A DNA stretch of 64,000 nucleotides, taken from contig JBGPGO010000002.1 in assembly GCA_041483895.1 (NCBI GenBank), positions 160,001-224,000 on the forward strand, written 5' to 3'. Under the pieces are notes generated by a model that saw only the letters and a list, made by a program, of their open reading frames with translations, did no database searches and had not been told where the DNA came from. Below, piece by piece: positions 57,576 through 64,000 of this stretch. The position numbers and the translations under genes were made by a program. The DNA is from Fimbriimonadia bacterium (lineage in GTDB: Bacteria > Armatimonadota > Fimbriimonadia > Fimbriimonadales > JABRVX01). Position 1 is the stretch's first letter, and the number at the start of each line of letters is the position of its first letter.

Positions 57576-58253
57576 TCACCTCCTTCGTCTTGAGTAGGCG
57601 ATTACAACGCCGGCGCCTGCGCATACCAAGGGCAGACTGCTTGGCTCCGGCGCCACTTGGATGAAATCGACATACAGCGGCGATTATCCAATGCCATCGC
57701 TGGGTCCGCCGAATTTCATTCCGGTGCCTCCCACCTTCCATCCAGTCATGTTCTCCGTGCTCGCAACAAGTTGGCCGTCCAAATACGCCCGCCCCATAGA
57801 ACCGTTTCGAGTAGCGCGAAATTCGTGGAATCCAACGGCGGGCTCGGGCAAGTAGATCTGATCCGCCCCAGCCAGACTGACGGATGTCTCTCCTCCCGGG
57901 TATCCGTTAAAACCAAAACTGGCTAGACGGGCAAACCCAAATTGATCATTGTAGGTGCCTACTCCAATAACAATGCTTCGATTCGTGCCCATGTCCCATC
58001 CGAAAACGGCCCTAAAGTCAAAATCTTGATACGGTTCTACCGCCGCGTGAAGGAAGACGCTGCTATATCCGGTCGGACTGTTGTAGACTCGGGTCACCGT
58101 CAGAAGGCTGTTGGCGACCGTATAGTTCGCTATGTCGTCGTTCTCCGACCACTCCTTCCAATGCGAGCCGAGCTTATTGCCGTCGAAGCTGTCGTAGAAG
58201 GCCAGAGACGTTAGCGGCAGGACACCGATCGATAGCGCGATTAACTTTCTCAT
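57576..58253 (-). pseudogene. PEP-CTERM paralog with in-frame TAA before the sorting signal
   Basis: TAA at 57686-57684; the frame continues SPLYVDFIQVAPEPSSLPLVCAGAGVVIAYSRRRR-stop. Confidence 0.88.
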
Positions 58254-58316
58254 TTTCTTCCTCCAAGTTCCAATACATTCGCTTTACGCAATGCAAATCC
58301 AATCCGGCACAATTAC

Positions 58317-58345
58317 ACTGTAAGCGATCCCCCCCGATTTGTCAA
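58317..58345 (-). promoter_or_regulatory. sigma70 promoter, copy 2
   Basis: TTGACA-N17-TACAGT, identical to copy 1. Confidence 0.7.
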
Positions 58346-58530
58346 GAGGTGTCCCGAAAAACGTTCCGGTTTGACGGGCTTTATACCGACAAGCGCCGGC
58401 TCGGTAGAAACAGTGCGAGGCTCTCAAGGTTGTCAGATGAAACGAAGTGTTTACGATTTCCTAATCGTTTCTTGCCAGACGAATTCAGCGCGCGCATCCC
58501 CTTGACTATTTGGACAGGTAGAATCCCCTC

Positions 58531-59793
58531 ATGCCAGCCTGGATTGCCTGCACCCTCGTTGCCGCGTCGCTCACCACGCAAACACCCGTCCCGAAGGCGA
58601 TAACGAAAAAGCTTGACTCGGGGGTCACGCTGATCGTCCAAGAGGACCACGCCGCGCCGATAGTAGGCATCGAGGTGTTCGTGAAGGCGGGGACCGCGCG
58701 CGAGACCGCCGACACGCTGGGGTGCGCGCACATGATGGAGCACATCGCCTTTCGCGGCACCAAGGCACATCCGGGAAACGCCATCGACGCGGCGGCGGAA
58801 AAGCTCGGCTATCGCCTTCTCGCCGCAACGCAGAAAGAGATCGTCCATTACACCGCAACCTGCCTCAGCAAAGACTGGAAGTCCCTATTGGGATTGATCG
58901 CCGACGCGATCATCAATCCCGCTCCCGATGAGCGGGCGTTTCAAGCGGAGCGCCGAGTGGTGATGCAGGAGTATTTCGCGCGCCGGGACAACCCGATGGA
59001 GTTTCTGTACGACACGATGTATGGGATTGCCTACGGCAAGACGGGATACGGAGCGCCGACGGGAGGCGATCCGGAATCCATTCAGGCGCTGACATTGGCC
59101 AAAACGCTGGACTTTTGGAAACAGTGGTACGAATCGGGAAATACCTACATTGCGGTCGTGGGGGACGTGCAGGCCGCTGACGTGCAAAAGGAGGTGGAGC
59201 TCTGGTTTAACTTGATGCCAAGGGGAGCCGGCTCGCCGATTCCCGCGCTAAGAGCATCGGAAGGCAAGGTGGTGGACGAAAAGGGCCCGTTCACGAAGGC
59301 GGCGCTCTCCTTCGCCTATCCCTCCATCCCGGCCAAAAGAATCGAAGATTCCGCGGTCTTGGACATTCTCACCGGCTTGATGATGAACCGGCGCAAAGAG
59401 TTGGACGGAGCGATCGCCTTCGATGTCCGATATTCAACCGAATCGAACGCAGAGATTGTGGTGCTCATGCTGTTCTGTGAAGAGTCGGCGCTGGCAGACC
59501 TAACCGAAAAGACTAAGGGACTCGTCGCGAAAATCGCTGCGGGAGAGTTTTCGGAAGCCGAGTTTCAGGCGGCACGTAACAAGGCATTGGCGCAGGAACT
59601 CTACCAGGTCGAAACCCCAACCGGCCGGGCCTTCGCGCTTGCTTATTGGGCGGCAACGGGCGATGAGGCGACAACCAGCCGGTACCAAAAGACGCTCGCT
59701 TCGGCGACGATTGCGGACGCCAAGCGGGTTGCGCGAGAGGTTTTCAATCCGGCCAAGGCGATGCAACTTACTTGGCATGTGAGTGGGCAATGA
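58531..59793 (+). CDS. M16 family zinc peptidase, catalytic subunit
   Basis: HMMEH (HxxEH), ERRVVMQE; signal-like N-terminus. Confidence 0.92.
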   Translation: MPAWIACTLVAASLTTQTPVPKAITKKLDSGVTLIVQEDHAAPIVGIEVFVKAGTARETADTLGCAHMMEHIAFRGTKAHPGNAIDAAAEKLGYRLLAATQKEIVHYTATCLSKDWKSLLGLIADAIINPAPDERAFQAERRVVMQEYFARRDNPMEFLYDTMYGIAYGKTGYGAPTGGDPESIQALTLAKTLDFWKQWYESGNTYIAVVGDVQAADVQKEVELWFNLMPRGAGSPIPALRASEGKVVDEKGPFTKAALSFAYPSIPAKRIEDSAVLDILTGLMMNRRKELDGAIAFDVRYSTESNAEIVVLMLFCEESALADLTEKTKGLVAKIAAGEFSEAEFQAARNKALAQELYQVETPTGRAFALAYWAATGDEATTSRYQKTLASATIADAKRVAREVFNPAKAMQLTWHVSGQ

Positions 59794-61130
59794 AACGGGG
59801 TCTCTTCTTTCTTGCCTTCGCCGCAACGGCTTGCCAGGCGGCTCCGACCCGAACTGTGTTCGAAAACGGCCTCCGCCTGATCACTGAACCCGAGCAGGGC
59901 TCACAGTGGGTTGTGGTCACGGCCTTTGTCACGGCTGGCGCCGATACGGATGGCGACAGGCCGGGGGCCCGATACGTGACCGCGCAAGCGGCGTACCAGC
60001 GCCATGCAAACCTCTCTCAGAACAGCCTGGATCAGGTTGCCGCGAATATTGGCGGCGGCCTGCGGCTGTTCTTCGATCGGGACGTTATTCGATACGAAAC
60101 GCTGACAACGGCGCCTTGGGTGGACAACGCCCTATTCCTAACGGTCGGCGCGTTGAAGAACGGCGAGTTTGCCGCGGAAGAGGTTGCGGATGCCAAGAAA
60201 GCGGTCGAGCCACTGCTCCGCCTCCCGGCATCCCCGTCCGCATTCGGCGTGTACCATCTTGTGAAGAACTGCTTCGACGACAGCCCCCTCATTCGCCTCC
60301 CTTCGCAGGATGAGATCGACCAGGTTACCGTCTCGGATTGTCAGAACTACTATGAACGGTATTTTTCGCCGCAGCGCATTACGATTGTCGTCGCCGGGGC
60401 GATCGATCAGATGGCCGTCATCAACAGTTTGCGAAAATCCATCGGTTCCTGGAAGCCTGACAAGGCTGTGCGGCAGGTACCAATGTCGCCCGTAACGATG
60501 GCAGAATCGTTTGATAAGGTCCGGTCTACAAACACCGTCTCCGCGTATTCGTTCAGCGGGTATGTCGGACCGCCGCCGTCTTCACCCGATTTTCCCGCCT
60601 TTGCCGTCTTCGCCTCGGCGTTGGGCAAGGGTCAGGCCTCGCGTGTTGTGCGGGCCTTTCGGGACACAGGAAGGGCGTATCAGGTGGGAACCGGCCTGTA
60701 TCCGACCGCGGCCGGGACCGTCGCGTATACCTGGGCGCAGTTCAACCCCATCGAGTTTAATCCCGCGCGAGGCAAGATGGACATCTATCTTGCCGATTCG
60801 ATCACATTGCTGAAGAAGACCGCTCGGGCGATGATTGACGACGGTTTGAAGGGTGAGGAGCTGGATCGAGCGAAGCGTGTGCTTGAGGTCGGCTACTATT
60901 TAGACGACGCGCAGTCGAGCGGCGGCATCGTGCCGTTCCAGACGGGACACCAGCGAATTCGGGATCGAGCGTACTGGCTGGGGTGGTGGGAGGCCGTTGG
61001 CGGCGGGTTCGAGATGGATGGCAGGTTTCCGGAGCTGGTGGAGGCGGTAACGGCCGACTCGGTCGCGGCGGTGGCAATGAAGTATTGTACGAAGGTTGGG
61101 ACTGTGTTGGTGATACCCGTCGAGCCGTGA
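59790..61130 (+). CDS. M16 family peptidase, non-catalytic subunit
   Basis: ENGLRL, YFSPQRITIVVAG, SR..R...G.AY; no HxxEH; ATGA overlap. Confidence 0.88.
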   Translation: MKRGLFFLAFAATACQAAPTRTVFENGLRLITEPEQGSQWVVVTAFVTAGADTDGDRPGARYVTAQAAYQRHANLSQNSLDQVAANIGGGLRLFFDRDVIRYETLTTAPWVDNALFLTVGALKNGEFAAEEVADAKKAVEPLLRLPASPSAFGVYHLVKNCFDDSPLIRLPSQDEIDQVTVSDCQNYYERYFSPQRITIVVAGAIDQMAVINSLRKSIGSWKPDKAVRQVPMSPVTMAESFDKVRSTNTVSAYSFSGYVGPPPSSPDFPAFAVFASALGKGQASRVVRAFRDTGRAYQVGTGLYPTAAGTVAYTWAQFNPIEFNPARGKMDIYLADSITLLKKTARAMIDDGLKGEELDRAKRVLEVGYYLDDAQSSGGIVPFQTGHQRIRDRAYWLGWWEAVGGGFEMDGRFPELVEAVTADSVAAVAMKYCTKVGTVLVIPVEP

Positions 61131-61196
61131 AGGGAATTTGCTTGAGTTGCCGAAACGGAGTAGCTCAATCAACGTCCCATAGTATGGAGGGATCAT

Positions 61197-62159
61197 TTGA
61201 CGAGGATTTTGCTTTTCGCGCTGCTGCTCGGTCTGTTGGTTGTGGCAGGATGCGGTGGTGGCGGGGGTGGCGGCGGCTCGACAATCACGGTAACGAGCTT
61301 GACGCTGAGCATTCCCGATAACTCCACTGTCGCGACCGGCGGGGTGCTCCACATCAAAGCGTTTGCCACCTATTCCAATGGCACTTCCGGCTATGTGAAC
61401 CCGTCGTGGGGCTTGGTGGGCGCCATCGGAAGTATTGGACCGGACGGCACGTTTACGGCGGCTGCAAGCGCCGCCGCTGGGACAATCGTCGCGACGCTCA
61501 GCGGGTTCATTACGAACGTCTCCATCTCCGTTGTCGTGCCGGGCGCCCTATCCAACTATGCCGTTGTCGCTTCGAATCTGACCAATCCCAACGATATCGG
61601 CCTCGGGGACAAGCATTTCTTCTATCTGATGGCCATGTCCGGCGCCCAGACGATCTATGTCAATCCCGATGCCGGGAGCTGGTCGGTCTCCGGCGGCGTT
61701 GCGACGATTGACGCGAACACCGGGGAGCTGACCGCGACGAGTTCCGGCGATGGCTCCGTCTCGGCTCTTCATAACAGCGCCGCGTCGTCGCTTCCGATCC
61801 GCGTGACCGCTCCCAAAGTCAGCGTTACCGGGTCTACAGTCGAGTTTTCCTCGTTTGTAGCTATTGCCGGCGCGCAGGTCGTCTTTCTGGACTCGGCGGG
61901 GAATGAGGTTGGCCGCCTGACATCCGATTCCGGCGGACAGTTTTCTGGCCTCGTTTCCCAATCCGCGACGGATATGTATGTAGATTCCGTTCCGGCGGGA
62001 TACCACGCGGAATTTCGATACCAATCCATCTACTATTACACGGGCGATCCGGCCAATTGCAAAGCGCCGATCGCGGCGCCCACGAGCGGCAAGAACTACG
62101 GCAATGTCTATCTGTTCTCGACGAACAATCCGCCGCCACCGCCGCCGAATTGCGGGTAG
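61197..62159 (+). CDS. Lipoprotein with Ig-like and carboxypeptidase-regulatory-like domains
   Basis: GGAGG SD, TTG start, lipobox VAGC, poly-Gly linker. Confidence 0.85.
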   Translation: MTRILLFALLLGLLVVAGCGGGGGGGGSTITVTSLTLSIPDNSTVATGGVLHIKAFATYSNGTSGYVNPSWGLVGAIGSIGPDGTFTAAASAAAGTIVATLSGFITNVSISVVVPGALSNYAVVASNLTNPNDIGLGDKHFFYLMAMSGAQTIYVNPDAGSWSVSGGVATIDANTGELTATSSGDGSVSALHNSAASSLPIRVTAPKVSVTGSTVEFSSFVAIAGAQVVFLDSAGNEVGRLTSDSGGQFSGLVSQSATDMYVDSVPAGYHAEFRYQSIYYYTGDPANCKAPIAAPTSGKNYGNVYLFSTNNPPPPPPNCG

Positions 62160-62160
62160 G

Positions 62161-63120
62161 ATGAAAATCATGAAGAACCTTGGTTGCCTGGTTGTCGGTA
62201 TGGCCATCTGCCTGTCGGGCTGTGGCGGTGGAGGTGGAGGAGGCGCCGCGACGCTGTCCTCGCTGTTGATCAGCATCCCCACCAACTCCAACATCGCGAC
62301 CGGCGTTCAGCTTCCGATATCGGTCCTTGCCGTCTATAGCAACGGCACGAAGACGAAGGTAATTGCCGACAGTTGGGGAACGACGGGCGGGGTCGGAACG
62401 ATCACCACCGACGGTATCTTCACCGCAGCCGGCAGCGCCGCGACCGGGACCATCATGGCGAACTATCAGGGTGTGCCCGGGGCAGTTACGGTCACCATCA
62501 CCACGACAGGGGGATTGGGATCGTTTCGAGTCGTTCCTCCGCAAGGACTGGATACCGCCAAGCTGACGTTTGCGTCCAAGGCCAACTTCTATATGGTAGC
62601 GAAGGATGCCGGGAACAATGACGTGTACGTGTCGGCGGATTCCTGGTCGGCCTCGCCCAGTGGGATCGGATCGCTTTCCGCGATTGGGGAATTCACCCCC
62701 GCGTCCGACGGCTCGGGCCAAATCAACGCGACGAAGAACAGCCTGCCTGCTGTGCCCGCCGATGTGACGATCGTGGCCGACAAGGTCTCCGTCAATGGCA
62801 AGGTTGTGAATCAGTTGGACGGAACCGGGATTTCTGGGGCGACAATCGTGTTTCTGAACGCGGTCGGCCAAACTGTGGGGCAGGCAACGACAAAGAGCGA
62901 TGGATCGTGGACCGCGTCCGTCTCAACGACCGCAGCGAGCCTATATGTCAGCTCGGTTCCCGTCGGTTGGCATGCCGAGTTTGCTTTTCTAGGGAAGGTC
63001 TATCACACAAACGATCCGGATCTGTGCCACGCGCCGATCGCCGCGCCCCAACAGAATCTAGCCTATCCAAATATTCTGCTGTACGACACGAATTCGCCGC
63101 CACCCCCTCCGGATTGCTAG
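62161..63120 (+). CDS. Lipoprotein, tandem paralog of 61197-62159
   Basis: Lipobox LSGC, poly-Gly, shared YSNGT, DGxFTA, HAEF, CxAPIAAP, PPPPP-x-C. Confidence 0.87.
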   Translation: MKIMKNLGCLVVGMAICLSGCGGGGGGGAATLSSLLISIPTNSNIATGVQLPISVLAVYSNGTKTKVIADSWGTTGGVGTITTDGIFTAAGSAATGTIMANYQGVPGAVTVTITTTGGLGSFRVVPPQGLDTAKLTFASKANFYMVAKDAGNNDVYVSADSWSASPSGIGSLSAIGEFTPASDGSGQINATKNSLPAVPADVTIVADKVSVNGKVVNQLDGTGISGATIVFLNAVGQTVGQATTKSDGSWTASVSTTAASLYVSSVPVGWHAEFAFLGKVYHTNDPDLCHAPIAAPQQNLAYPNILLYDTNSPPPPPDC

Positions 63121-63170
63121 TCCTGGGTCCCGGAAACCTGCTTTGGCCGCCGCCAGTATTAACGGGTGGA

Positions 63171-63365
63171 ATGGAAAACGTCAACGCAGATGTCCAATCG
63201 AATAAGAGCCTTCAGCTTACGGAACGAGAGGCCTTCGCCCTGTTGCAGGTGGCGATTTTGGCCTCCAACGAAGACGACGAGGCGATGGCCGGCGCTGTGA
63301 GGAAAATCGCAAATTACTGTCGAGGCTTTCTGACAAGCGAATTCCTCCAGCGGGTCCCGGCGTAG
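63171..63365 (+). CDS. Small hypothetical protein
   Basis: 64-aa helical ORF filling the gap in a co-directional run. Confidence 0.55.
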   Translation: MENVNADVQSNKSLQLTEREAFALLQVAILASNEDDEAMAGAVRKIANYCRGFLTSEFLQRVPA

Positions 63366-63375
63366 GAGACTGTAT

Positions 63376-64000
63376 TTGGATAGGCACGATGGGCCGTGTG
63401 AAAAGTGTGGTTTCGGCGGATCGCCCGCCTGGATTTTTCGTCCAGACGGGCTGCCAACTTGGATTTGCCTCCAGTGCGGGCATACGTTGACGGAATCGGA
63501 CCGCGCGGTATCGGACCGGCGCCGATTTCAGTGGCTTGTCCGGCGGATCAACACCAAGAAGGACACCCGAAACAGTGAGATAGCGGCTTTGACCAAGATG
63601 GGCAAGGCGGCGATACCGACTCTCCAGCGCGTCCTCGAACTGAGGGGAAAATCCTATTCGGAAGCGAAGGCCTCGGCGATCACGGTGTTGGGCAATATCG
63701 GCGGGGACGAGGCGGTCTATTTCATTCTGCAGGCGATGCGGCAGCAAGAGAAGGATGCACTCAAGTACCGGAAGCGCATCATCCCGTTGGTTGTCGGCGC
63801 CGTGCTCACACTTGTCGCGCTATTCGTGATTCTACAGATTACGACAGGCAAGGGCGGCGCCAATTTCGCCAGCATGGGAGGAATGTTTAGCGCAATCGCC
63901 GCCATGGGGGTTGGACTTTCGGCAAGGAAGAAGGCGGCGGAGACGCTGGCCGCGCTGAAGGAGCCCCGGGTTGTCGGGCCGCTCGCGATGGCCTATTTCG
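63376..64000 (+). CDS. Zinc-ribbon + HEAT-repeat membrane protein, runs off window, absent from ORF track
   Basis: AGGAG SD, TTG start; CEKC...CLQC, AITVLGNIGGDEAV, TM helix, AAETLAALKEPRVVGPL. Confidence 0.8.
   Translation, partial: MDRHDGPCEKCGFGGSPAWIFRPDGLPTWICLQCGHTLTESDRAVSDRRRFQWLVRRINTKKDTRNSEIAALTKMGKAAIPTLQRVLELRGKSYSEAKASAITVLGNIGGDEAVYFILQAMRQQEKDALKYRKRIIPLVVGAVLTLVALFVILQITTGKGGANFASMGGMFSAIAAMGVGLSARKKAAETLAALKEPRVVGPLAMAYF

Overview
64 kb of a GC-rich bacterial chromosome. The PEP-CTERM proteins, four secreted proteins ending in a shared Ig-like plus dockerin-like tail, and a LuxR-HTH/PAS regulator suggest Armatimonadota (Fimbriimonadia-like); this is inference. Housekeeping anchors: a tRNA operon (Val-Asp-Phe-Leu), groES-groEL with two CIRCE boxes, moaD-moaE, ferredoxin-NADP reductase, ndh and prfA. 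Most unusual observations: (1) moaE carries an in-frame ~90-aa insertion built from a 105-bp palindromic element amplified 2.7 times, and a diverged copy of the element lies intergenically at 52.1 kb; (2) four composite REP-like palindromic elements with compensatory stem changes at 7.1-10.7 kb separate unrelated small gene modules; (3) a methanol:corrinoid methyltransferase (MtaB) and two UroD/MtaA-family proteins sit in a glycoside hydrolase locus (GH138-like, GH2, DUF2961/GH172, GH36); (4) an orphan 68-bp copy of the dockerin-like tail forms a direct repeat around a surface-protein gene; (5) an AbiJ-NTD3/TIR defence-like fusion lies directly behind groEL; (6) a decayed tandem duplicate of a PEP-CTERM/galactose-oxidase unit; (7) two genes apparently start at ATA overlapping a TAG stop, and many genes look leaderless. 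No integrase, transposase, CRISPR array or rRNA was found. Family calls come from recognising motifs by eye, not from database searches.
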